Shown: positions 12,435 through 24,214 of the stretch, piece after piece
Numbering within the stretch: the first letter of the stretch is position 1
Layout: each line of letters opens with the position of its first letter
Source: Eremomyces bilateralis CBS 781.70
Taxonomy: Eukaryota
Reading direction: 5' to 3' (one strand)
DNA length: 64,000 nucleotides
Assembly: GCA_010015585.1 (NCBI GenBank)
Contig: ML975155.1
Notes under the pieces: model-generated
Databases searched by the model: none
Told to the model about the DNA's origin: nothing
Seen by the model: the letters and a program-made list of their open reading frames with translations, nothing else
Program-made: the position numbers and the translations under genes

Positions 12435-14283
12435 ACTGGAGAAAGGAGAGAGATCCCTCTTCATCGACATTATTGCCGCAGTCTAGAAAAGTTTCCATGT
12501 AACATAATATCAAAGGGAATTGATATGATATTCATCTGTTCCGATCGTCGTCTGCCACGGATGCTTGTTCTCAATGAAGCAGCCTAAGCTTTCCGAACCC
12601 AAGCTCTCCGTGTCGCCTCTCACAGTCTCACTCAATATCTTGGTGTCCAGGAACCACCCCGATCCCCCTCGCGCCAGAGATTGTGTTAATCTGCAGTGGG
12701 TTAGACGGATGGCGTCCGGTCCGAAACGCACGCGGGGTGGCAATCTGCGTGGGTACTAAATCTGCAGCACACCGCGCGGGGAATAGGACAGGCTCGGAAG
12801 CGGTATTTCTCGGGAACGCTGGTGGTACCTGGTGGCGGTGAAGCAGGAGGGCTGACGGAGGCGACGCGTTCATTGTCATTGATGGACTTGATGGGCCGAG
12901 TCGATAAGAGCGGACGCGGATAAGGTTGCAGTTTCACGGCGCTGCGAACAAATGCCGCATTAATATAACTCGCGAACATGGGAATTACAAGCATTATAGA
13001 CAACGATTAACGACGGACTGGGAAACGCGCATAGCACATCCTTCTCTTTACAGAACCATTGTAGTGAATTTCGTGCATCACATTGAGGCCTTTGAAACAA
13101 GAAGAATTGATAAAAATAAGAAATCGCGTTGGCGCCTCGGAGTCAATAATCGATATTGGACCTAAATCGTCTCGTCTACGATCCAAACATCAGACGAATC
13201 ACCTGCAGTGGCAAAGTTCTCCAACTGACAACAAAGACCGGTCCAGCCCAACCGCCCGCACCTCAGCCACCGCCGGAGTCAGGACCCAGCTGTGGGCCCT
13301 GGAATAATTCTCCCCCAAGTTTTCCCCTTGCAAGCATCAGCATCGCGAAGGCTCCCGAAGCACGAAGCCGAGAGCAGGGATCGCGGCTCCCGGTGACGGT
13401 TCCGTCCGGACGAGTGGGAGGCGGAGCAGGCTGCGGACGGAAATTCTGGGCCTGGCTAGGCCTTTGTTCGGGAATGAGGGTGATGGAGCAATTGATGGAT
13501 GAGTTGACGATGGATCAAGTGGTGACTAGATCAACCGTGATATGGAAAAGAGAGGATGCGATCCACTCATCAACAGGATGTGATGAGTGATGTGACCGTG
13601 GAAAATTGTTTGTGGACTGGCAAGTGATCATAGCTTACCTAGTATGGTATCATAACTAGTTACCAGTACCTACCTAATCATCCTTTGTTTGTAAATAATC
13701 CAACGCCTACGATTGGTCCTTTATTTGGTATTGAGACGTTTCTAGGCTGTCTAGGCCGAAGAAACATCAAGGAAACAGGAAATTGCTGCAAAGAATGCAT
13801 CTGGCTCAGTTGTGACTTGATTGTTGACGTTTGACTGGTCCAAACCCCGCATTTCAAGGAGAGACTGGATCCATTTGGTAAGTTGGATTGCTTGGAATCT
13901 GGATGATGGATCAAAGCATTCCAGTGACGGCGACTTGTCGTCACACCCATTTCATCATCATCATTGTCCCATTCCTCACCCTCCCCACCCAATTCCTGCT
14001 ATCGTGATGTTCGTCGGAACCTTTCTGGATGTCCTTCACTCCTCTTAAAACCTTCACGGAACCCAACCTCGCACGTCTTATCCCGCATTCTCAGCCGCGC
14101 GTGTACTTGTCCCTCACACCCTCCCCACATATCACCGGAACCCGCAAAGACCCGAGCAGGCTTTGGCGGACGTCGGAACACGACCGGTTTCTTTTCGCAC
14201 CTCGGCCCAATCAGCTCGCGCCGCTGGGGTCCCTCCTGTTTGACGTTGCTGGACCATCAAGACCCGAGTCACGATCCCTCAGC

Positions 14284-17095
14284 ATGTCCAGAGGTATAAT
14301 TAGGACGGCTTCGCCCGCTCCTCTGGCCGATGACTTTGTACGGCAGCAAATTTCCAAGCAGCAACACACCAACTTCCATTCTACCTCTCTCCGTAACGTC
14401 AACATGGTCTCATCAGTCAACAAAACAGCCCTGCACCCGGGCGGTGTCATGTAAGTCCTACTTGATATCACTGGTGTTGGCAATTGGTCGTCTTACTGAT
14501 CCATCTCCAGTCCCCAAGCCGAGCACACCGAGATTGAGGAGGAACTTGTGAGTAGATCACCATGAACATGCTGATATCCGGCCAGACTGCCCTTGTCCTA
14601 ACATCCACGCAGCATCAACAAGCACACATTGACTACGACCGCGTAGCCATCGTCGCCAACCCCTCAGTACCTGCTCTCTACGAAGATGCCCTGGTCTACG
14701 AGACCGGTTCAGCCATTACCTCATCCGGTGCCTTGAGCGCCTACTCAGGAGCCAAGACCGGTCGGTCACCTAGCGACAAGCGGATTGTCGACAACGTCGA
14801 CCAAGTGTGGTGGGGACCAGTAAACAAACCCATGAGCCCAGATGTAAGTTCTTCCTAATGCTGGGGGAGAAATGACCTCAGCATGCTTTCCATTATTTCC
14901 ATTACTTCAGTATTTCCGTATTTCGGCATTTCAGCAGTTGTCCCATGCATGTTCTCTGGGGTGCGGATCCGGTCAGCCCGATATTGGGGCACGATGCCGG
15001 GTCATTCTCTTCGATCAAACGCGCATAGCCGCGGCCGACGTCATTTCAAGGACTGGGGAACGAGGGGCGTTGGTGGAGAAATCCGATTGCCTTGGCCTGA
15101 AGGCGGAATTGCGCATGTGCTCACTGCAGATCCTGCAAGGGCCAAGGAAGAGACAAGACTCGAGAGGATGGTGCCGAGCAAACGCTCGCCATTCGCTCCT
15201 TCCGTCACTCGCCTCTTGTCACTCGTTCTTTCTCGGTTGTTGCAGTGTTGCCTTGTTGCTCCTGCCCTTGTATGTGGGACATGTCGTGGTCTTGCTGCCC
15301 CGCTATTGGCCTAAGTGCCTGACGTCTTGGCCCGACCGCCGAAGCACGTGCCAATTGCCAACGTCAACCATCCGACAACAACCGATACTACGAGAACGGA
15401 GAACTGCATGAACCCCTTGCATATTGCGCTATTATTGTTGGCTCGATTTGTTTCAATGGCCCGAATTGTACTAATGGCGTTCGAAATAGGTCTGGAATAT
15501 CAACCGAGAACGTGCCATCGATTACCTCAACACCCGAAACCGAATCTACGTCGTCGATGGCTTCGCCGGCTGGGACGAGCGGTACCGCATCCGCGTCCGC
15601 GTCGTCTGCGCCCGCGCATACCATGCTCTGTTCATGAGGAACATGCTGATCCGACCGAGTCGTGAAGAGCTCGAAGGATTCCACCCCGACTATGTCATCT
15701 ACAATGCCGGTGCGTTCCCAGCCAACAAATACACCTCCGGCATGACCTCCGCCACCTCCGTCGCCATCAACTTTGCCGAGAAGGAGATGGTCATCCTCGG
15801 TACCGAATACGCCGGCGAGATGAAGAAGGGTATCTTCACTGTGCTCTTTTACGAGATGCCTGTCAAGCACAACGTCTTGACCCTGCACTCCTCCGCCAAC
15901 GAGGGCAAGGATGGCGACGTCACCGTCTTCTTCGGTCTGTCAGGGACTGGCAAGACCACCCTTTCCGCCGACCCCAAGCGTGCTTTGATTGGTGACGACG
16001 AGCACTGCTGGTCGGATACCGGGGTTTTCAACATTGAGGGTGGCTGCTACGCCAAGTGCATTGGCCTGTCAGCCGAGAAGGAACCCGATATCTTCAACGC
16101 CATCCGTTTCGGCTCCATCCTGGAGAACGTCGTCTTCGATCCCGTCACCCGTGTTGTCGACTATGAGGATTCCACTCTTACCGAGAACACTCGATGGTAT
16201 GGTTTCGCCTCTTCTCTTGTATTGAACTGCGGCTAACCAGAATTGCAGTGCCTACCCCATCGAATATATCGAGAACACCAAGATCCCCTGCATTAGCAAT
16301 AGCCACCCGCAAAACATCATCCTCCTCACCTGCGACGCCCGCGGCGTTCTCCCACCCATCTCCAAACTCACCACCGAACAAACCATGTTCCACTTCATCT
16401 CCGGCTACACTTCCAAGATGGCCGGCACCGAGCAAGGCGTCACCGAACCCCAAGCCACCTTCTCCTCCTGCTTCGCCCAACCCTTCCTCGCCCTGCACCC
16501 CATGCGCTACGCCAAGATGCTCGCCGAGAAGATCTCACAACACAACGCCAACGCATGGCTCCTTAACACTGGCTGGGTCGGCGCCGGCGCTATGACGGGT
16601 GGCAAGCGCTGCCCGCTCAAGTATACCCGCGCCATCCTCGACGCCATCCACTCCGGCGAGCTCGCCAAGTCCGAGTACGAGACCTACGAGGTCTTCAACC
16701 TCCACGTCCCCAAGTCGTGCCCCAACGTCCCCGACGAGCTGCTCAACCCTCGCAAGTCATGGACCGCCGACGCTAGCTTCTCCGAGGAGGTCAACAAGCT
16801 GGCCGTCCTCTTCAACGAGAACTTCACCAAGTACGCCGACCAGGCAACCGCCGAGGTCATCGCTGCTGGACCGCAGCCCACGGAGCCGGCGAAGCCGGAA
16901 GCTCCTGTTGAGGCCCCTGCGGCTGAGGTCCCTGCTCCTGAGGCTGCACCAGCTCAGCCTGCGCCTACAGAGGCTGCCCCTGCTGCCGCTGCACCTGCGG
17001 TCACTGAGGCTGTTCCCGCTGAAGCATCAAAAGAAAACAGCGCCGCCCCCGCCCCCGCCGCCACTGAGGCACCGAAGCCGGAGACGACGTCATAG
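14284..17095 (+). CDS. acuF: Phosphoenolpyruvate carboxykinase (ATP)
   Basis: Exons 14284-14450, 14511-14547, 14613-14843, 15491-16196, 16249-17095. Motifs [46 protein letters not shown] second in-frame ATG is at 14404. Confidence 0.95.
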
Positions 17096-17382
17096 GTGGA
17101 CGCTGCTTAGTGACGCATGATGCATTTGTAGCCCTGACACATTTTCCTCCATATCCATTTTGCGCTGCGCTGTAATTTGCTTCTGATGATTGATTTGCTT
17201 TGGGCTTGATCTGCGACGCACGCGGGATGGCCGGTGTTCACCATATGGCATGCATATTTATTTGAGAAACCTAGCCGGGTTTCTTTCGGGACGGCTCATA
17301 CGAGGAGGAGAGATCGAGAGGAGAGATGGGATTAGGTGGCGTGTTGTATTGAGTGGAGGGCAAAAGTGGTGGAAGAGGTAGG

Positions 17383-17587
17383 GATAGCCAAATTGAAGTG
17401 AAATGAAGATCACATCATGGACTCATTGACACTAGTGAACTGCTTCTTGTGTGCTTGATCTACAATGTATGTAAGATAGAGAAGAAACCGGTCGGGAAAG
17501 ATTATAGGCCGGATGTTGTATTGTAGTAGAGGATATGTGGGAAAGATAATAGTGATAACCAAATTGAAGTGAGATGAAAATCATATC
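17383..17587. repeat. Local 34-bp direct repeat (17383-17416 and 17554-17587)
   Basis: GATAGCCAAATTGAAGTGAAATGAAGATCACATC vs GATAACCAAATTGAAGTGAGATGAAAATCATATC: 4 mismatches, all transitions. Confidence 0.8.
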
Positions 17588-17736
17588 GCGGATCCAGATT
17601 TGACACCACTTACGCCATGCGCCCAATTCTGCAACATGATGGAATCAAATGGGCACGCGAGGTGCGGATAGTTAGCTATTCCTTGTGTAAACCATGTCAT
17701 AATTAGATGCATTAAGCCATACATCCAAGGCCTCTT

Positions 17737-17781
17737 TCGTCTGTCGTCTGTCGTCTGTCGTCTGTCGTCTGTCGTCTGTCG
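17737..17781. repeat. Heptanucleotide tandem repeat (TCGTCTG)x6.4
   Basis: Read directly from the sequence; perfect copies. Confidence 0.95.
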
Positions 17782-17971
17782 CCGGTACCGATGTATTCGG
17801 TATTCTCTCAATGGGCTACCATCCCCAATACCCTTTAGAAATCCGCGGGATCACATCAGCCTCATAGATATCGTAGGAGAACTCGATCGTCCAGAACAGG
17901 TTTCGGCAAATGCTTGTCATCTGTTTCCGTTGCCGTGAACGATACTAAAGCGTAGTTGTTGGTCCCGGGAA

Positions 17972-18127
17972 TCATTTCCGGTATCCCTTTCTTGTCTTGC
18001 AAGATGGATCGCTCATATCCTTGAACTCTTCTTCATCCCCCAAGGTGTGAGAAAGGATCGCATATCTAGGAATGTGCCTCCCAATATACTCCTCAAAATG
18101 GCCAGTGTTAGTATTAATTAGCCTCCT
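17972..18127 (-). pseudogene. Relic of a HET-domain (heterokaryon incompatibility, HET-E-like) gene, N-terminal fragment
   Basis: Translation RRLINTNTGHFEEYIGRHIPRYAILSHTLGDEEEFKDMSDPSCKTRKGYRK* matches the typical HET N-terminus MRLINT..L.EF....IP.YAILSHTWG.EEV.F.D.....K.GY.KI. The start codon reads AGG, the conserved W reads L, and a premature stop follows. Confidence 0.8.
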
Positions 18128-18889
18128 GGCCGTCGCCTGTTCATCATCCGCGGTCAGAAATATGTCAATATCAACACCGAAGTGGATTGAACAGCAGGCT
18201 GGTTGGACGGTTTAAAATCAGGAGAGACTGCAAATTATAGTAGTAGTAGATGATAACATGTATCAAATGAATAACTCTAAAAGGAAGCGAAAAGAACTAT
18301 AGGCACAATGTTAGTAACTAACTAACTAGTTAGAGTCTATGATGAAGGCAGAAGGCTGAGCTTCGTGTGAGTTAATCGGGCAAGTCATCTCCAGCCAAGT
18401 CGTCGGAGGGTTTGAGAGGTCGGGGTGATCTCGGGTAAATAATGCGGTCGTCCTGGTCAGGCACTCAGGCACCGTTTTCGCAACATGAATCATGAGGGGC
18501 TTCAGCAGCTGCCGCGATTCTGGTACGTACATCTCTGGATAATAATGCTTCTTCCTGTTAGTACATCATGACAGCATCAGACAACATGGGAATACCAGAG
18601 AGCTAACCATTCATGTCAAAGTGATAGCTTCAAGCTGTGGAGTGGAAGGTTCAGCCCGCTCTCCCGCCGAATCCCATATCACCCTCCACGAATATCAAGC
18701 CTCCTTCAACGGGTCTGTCCTACTTTCCATAGAGATATAGCAGGACAGAATCCTGCAAGTTATACTGGCCCACCCCACAGGTTCCACGCCGCCGGTTAAA
18801 GTCTGAGGATACCCTCTCTGGCTATAGGTATTCCAATCCTAAAGCACCATGCGATTGATACCATAACATCTCTATACTGTTCGGAGAAG

Positions 18890-21800
18890 ATGGAGGCCGA
18901 TGCGGATGAGGTAATGTTATTCTACCGGTCACCACACCATATCGAAGGCTTACCGTATAATAGGTTGCTCTTATAGCTCTTCCTTCCCCATCCAGACTCG
19001 GCAATGTTGCTTCACCTGTCAGCACTGTTACTTTCGACACATCGCAAGAGCTACTCTGGGCCGGAAACGAATTTGTATGCCTGAACAACATATCTGACAC
19101 CGCCGACGGTCGCACACTAATGGTAACAATATATAGGGCCGTGTAACATCCTTCTATGGCTCCGAACTCCAGCGATATACCTCTTTCAGAGCTCATGCGC
19201 CCCCCGAACCCGCTGTCAAGCAGATCCTCATAAACGACAAGGGAGTCCTATCGATATCGAAGAAGAGCATACACTTCTCGACCAGACGGGGGCTGACGCT
19301 ATGGCATTTGAAAGACGAGGCCTTCGTGGACCTCCGATGCATGAGCTTTACCACCAAAGGCACGAGCGAAGTGTTAGCCGGGGGGTGCCAAGACACCATG
19401 TTCAGGATAGATACTGAGAAGGGCACAATTACCCAGAAGATTTCCGCTGAAGGCCGTTATACGATCATGAAGCGCGGTGGCCAATATATCTGTGCTGCGA
19501 CCGAAAGCGGTACCGTTCATCTCCTCGATTCCACCCAGTTCCGAGTGGTCAAGACGTGGCAAGCCCATGTTGGTTGGATCAACGACATGGATGCGAAAGC
19601 AGATTTCCTCGTAACTTGTGGTTACTCGCCGAGACAGCAACATGGCTACCTTCTTGATCCTCTTGCGAATGTTTTCGATCTCAAGACGTTAATGCCACTA
19701 CCACCAATCCCATTCCAACCCGGAGCAGCCTTCGTGCGTATGCATCCGCGTATGTCCACGACTAGCATTGTAGCATCACAGAGTGGGCAATTGCAAGTTG
19801 TGGACATCATGAACCCGAATACTGTGAACCTTCGACAGGTCAACTTGTACGATTCCTATCTACTGGCATTGGAGATGGCACCGTCAGGCGAAGCGTTGGC
19901 ATTGATAGATTCCGCGAGCGCCATTCATTTATGGGGTTCGCCAGCCAAGATCCATTTCGCAGAACTGAGCAACCCCACCGAATTTGCGGACCAGAGTATG
20001 CCTCTCCCGCATCTGGATTGGTCTCCGGACAGGTGAGTTTCTCGTATATGCTGACCTGACGAATCACTAAGTATATGTCCAGTCCGTTGAACACGATAGG
20101 CATGCCTTATTACAGGGAGCCACTGTTGTCTTCGTGGCCATCCCACATGACCTTCGAAGTCGGCGCGCCGCCTCCTAAGCTTGACCCCGATGTCGTTGCA
20201 AATTTGAAACGTGCAGAACTTGGAGGTTACGCACCAAATCCAAGAAAGACGAGGCGAAATCAAGTCGAGAATACTCGGCTCGCGGAACAGACCACGACTT
20301 CTTTAGCGGCGCCAAAATTCCTGAGCGAGAAGGCACGGGAAGCAATCGCGTTGGGTGAGGATATCAAGAAGACCGAAGATGCACTGGAGTTGTTGCATGA
20401 TTTATCTTTTGACAAATCTGGGGGCACCGAGATTCCTGTGATATATAAGAGCGTGGAAATCAAGTACTCCAAGTTCGGCGTGGACGACTTTGATTTCGAG
20501 TATGGACCCCTTTCTTGAGGGACGCCGGGATATGCTAATCAAGTATAGATTCTTCAACAAGACCAAATACTCTGGTCTAGAGATCCACATTGCTAACTCG
20601 TACGCCAATGCTCTGTTGCAGCTATACAAGTTCACGCCTATCCTGCGAAACATGGCATTGCAGCATACTGCGACCTCCTGTCTCTACGAAAACTGCTTAT
20701 TGTGCGAGTTGGGCTTTCTGATCGACATGCTCGAAAAAGCAGCCGGACAGAACTGTCAAGCAACGAACTTTCTAAAAACCTTCAGTAGCTTATCCAGCGC
20801 GTCATCACTAAGTCTCCTCGAGGAGCAAAATAATGGCGCTACCACAGCGTCAATGGTTCAATCGCTGAACCGGTTTTTGCTGGATAAGCTTGCGTCGGAC
20901 TTCCGACAGCACTCCAACGCCCCTCACATGGACAGCGCGCTCGTCACCGCGGCAATGGCTCGGATCCGCTGCGCAGCTTGTAACAATGAGGTGACTCGAC
21001 CAGGGGCAACCTATGTGCATGAACTCATCTACCCAACCAAAGCAGCTCCGAAAGCCAATCCACGTGCTCCGGTTCCCAGGCCGACATTCTCACAGATCCT
21101 AAAAGCCAGTGTTGAGCGCCAAGACCACTCGCGGGGATGGTGCAACGAGTGCAAGAGATATCAGCAGTTGTCGACACGAAAAGCCATCCAAAGCGTGCCG
21201 GCGGTCATGATGATCAACACTGCTATTCGAAGCGCGGATGCAAAACAAATGTGGAGCACGCCGAATTGGCTGCCCCAAGAGATTGGAGTCATCGTGGATC
21301 AAGGGCAATTTTTCTGCTACGAGGGGGGAGATCTGAATTTCCATCTAGGCCGGAAGATGTTCAATATCACTGTGTATGAGCTAGTGGGTGTTGTGACGGA
21401 GATCAATACCGGAGAGCACCAGAAGCCGCATCTGGTCTCTTTGGTCAACGGTAAGTATTCCAAATCTCAGAGATTCCGCTGTGCTAATGGCGCTCGTAGT
21501 TGCTCCCTCATCAAGAGATGCAAACGAGCAATCGGAGTGGCATTTGTTCAATGACTTCCTAGTCAAAGGCATGCCGAGAGAAGAAGCGCTCCGGTTTGAC
21601 TCGAACTGGAAACTACCCTGCGTAGTGACATACCAGGTCAAGTCCGCCAGCCACAAGATCGATGACGCATGGAAACAGAAACTCGATTTGTCATTGCTTT
21701 TCAAGCGATGGTCACCACGCCAGGACGACGATCCGAACAAATTCCGGTTATTGTCACCGGAGTCCGAATCGCCCTTCCCAGGGATGCCCGTGGCCATAGA

Positions 21801-22530
21801 CGCCGAGTTCGTTCGTGTCCAGGACGAGGAGTTCTCGGTGAAAGCAGGCGGGATTCGTGAGACCATTCGCCCTGCGCGGCTCGCTTTGGGCCGAGTATCT
21901 GTCCTTCGAGGCTACGGCGAACATGAAGGACTACCCTTTGTGGATGATTACATTGCCGTGGCTGAACCGGTTACGGATTACCTTACCGCGTATTCAGGAC
22001 TCTCGCCAGAAGATCTGGATCCGAAGACCTCGCGACATGTGCTGGTTAGCCTCAAGGTGGCCTACAAGAAGATATGGCTCCTGCTCAACATGGGCTGCAT
22101 ATTTGTGGGGCACGGACTCCCCAAGGACTTCCGCACCATCAACATCCATGTCCCCAAAGCCCAAGTCGTTGACACGGTCGATATCTTCTTCCTGAAACAT
22201 TGGGGCGGGCGCAAGCTTGGGCTTCGATTCCTGGCCTGGCTGCTCCTGAAAGAAGACATCCAAACCGGCATGCATGACAGCGTGGAGGACTCCCTGACGG
22301 CGTTGAATCTGTGGAAGAAATATCAGGAGTATGTCGAAGCTGGCACGTGGGAGAATCGGCTGGAGTGGATCTACCAGCGAGGAAGAGAGCTGGGTTGGAA
22401 AGCGCCGGGGGTTTATTCGGGCAAAAGTCTGGGGGATACCCCCGGCCCCAGTGGTGGACAGACACCGGTGAAGAAGCCGACGCCGTTTGGGTTGAATGAC
22501 CTTGGGTTTGGAAGCCCGAAGAGAAGCTGA
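18890..22530 (+). CDS. PAN2: PAN2-PAN3 deadenylase catalytic subunit Pan2
   Basis: Multi-exon gene starting MEADADE. WD40 region, pseudo-UCH domain (IKYSKFGVDDFDF, NSYANALLQ) and DEDD nuclease (AIDAEFV, GHGLPKDF, HDSVEDS). Confidence 0.93.
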
Positions 22531-22726
22531 ATTATTTTATGTGCCTATGGGGTGGTGGACTTGTTGAATTAAAAGAATTGACGACTGAAGAGATAGTTCA
22601 TTAATTAATGGCTTTTGATATCATGAAACATCAGGAAATCGAGAGTATACGATCAAACGCCGACCCCCAGTGCCGTTTCCCGGGCATCTATTCCAAGGCC
22701 GTGATCAGTCATACATGAGGCATTGC

Positions 22727-23706
22727 TCAATTAGTTTCAGGCAAATCTCCAATTACCCCTTTCAGCAGCTCCGGTAGGTACTGCGCCGCATCCCCACAAA
22801 AGAACCAATCATCCTCCGTGATCCCACTGCCCGGCGCATCATTCGCATCCGTATTAAACACCGCCACCCTCGCTCCCTTCGTCCGCGCGATATCCACATA
22901 CGACGCCGCTGGGAACACCCGCGCCGACGTCCCCACCACCATAATCAAATCAATCGGCCTTGGGTCCGCGACGAACTGCTCGATCGACTGCAGCGCCTTC
23001 TCCGGCAGCCGCTCGCCAAACCACACAACACCCGGGCGCAACATGCCGTCCTTGCACTTGGGACAGTGGGGGAGGGCCTGCAGCGGCACTTCGGGGAGGG
23101 CGATGGCGGCGTCGGCGATATCGAGGTCGCGGGCGTGGAGGGCGGAGGTGGTAGTGGGGTCGTCGCCGGAGGTGGGGATGGCGAGGGCGGGCACGATGGG
23201 GTCGGTGGTGTCGTCGGCGGTGTAGCCGCAGTAGAAGGAGGTGCACTTGACGGTGAAGAGGTTGCCGTGGAGGAGATGGAGGGACTCGGAGGGGTGGCCG
23301 GCGCGTTGGGAGAGGCCTGGGGTGGTCAGTGGCGGGCATTGGAGTTGGGGTTCGCGGACGTACCGTCGACGTTCTGGCTGAGGGTGATGAACTCCGGATT
23401 CCGCTTCGCATACTCGGCCAGCGCGTAGTGCGCGCGATTCGGCCGGGCTCCGAGTGACATGTGTCGCCTGTACGAATAGAACTGCCACACCAGACCTGGA
23501 TCGGCCTCGAAGGCTTCGGGAGTAGCTAGCTGGGTGGCTTCATGGGTCCGCCATAGTCCACCCGCCCCTCGGAAGGTTGGGAGGCCAGAGGATGCCGAGA
23601 GACCAGCACCAAGCAATGCCAGAACCCGCTTCGATTGGGCTAGGTGCTGGGCAAACGACTCGATTTTCTGGGAGGCTTGGGAAGTGCTGCCTACGGCGTG
23701 AGGCAT
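22727..23706 (-). CDS. Sir2-family NAD-dependent deacylase, class III (SIRT5/CobB-like)
   Basis: GAGLSASSGLPTFRG, WQFYSYRR, SQNVDGLS (across intron 23317-23363), LHGNL, CTSFYC..CPKC zinc site, LRPGVVWFGE, VGTSARVFPAA. Confidence 0.88.
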
Positions 23707-24214
23707 CTTGACGTAGGCGTTCACGGCAGGAACTGGATATCGGACAGTTGAAATGAGACTTTAACATATAACTGAAGTGACGTCGAACTCTGACTCAAGC
23801 TTGGGGGAATATAAGATAGTGGATTCAGTAAAACGGACGGGATAGCAAGTTCCTTCTACATAACTCCAGCAGCTGAGAGCGTCCCTGCCAATGAGGCGTG
23901 GCTTCGTAGCACTAAATGTGCATGCAGGAAGTGTGGCAATCTGAAAGCAAAATACGGGAGTATAGTACAGTAGTTAGAAGCACTGCATATAGTGACAGTG
24001 TAGTTAACCAGGGAGATGCATCATGCATGTACATCAGGCGGGGAGGACGGAGGTGAGACCGGAATCTCCCTCCATAAAGCTAAACAGCTTATCGATAAGG
24101 GTATACCCGTAGTCTCCAGATCTGGTCTTCTTTTCTTGGTGCAACTGATGACCTTCTGGCTCTCATTATTGTTCTCGTCACTCATTCTATTGTTCCTAAA
24201 GCGAACCGTCGGCG

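Noticed and set aside
17737..17781. CRISPR-like or telomeric array
   Set aside because: It is a simple 7-bp tandem repeat without spacers, is not TTAGGG, and sits in a eukaryotic context.
18326..18560. 68-aa minus-strand ORF preceded by a TACTAAC branch-like motif
   Set aside because: No recognisable homology or coherent gene model; possibly a decayed fragment but unsupported.
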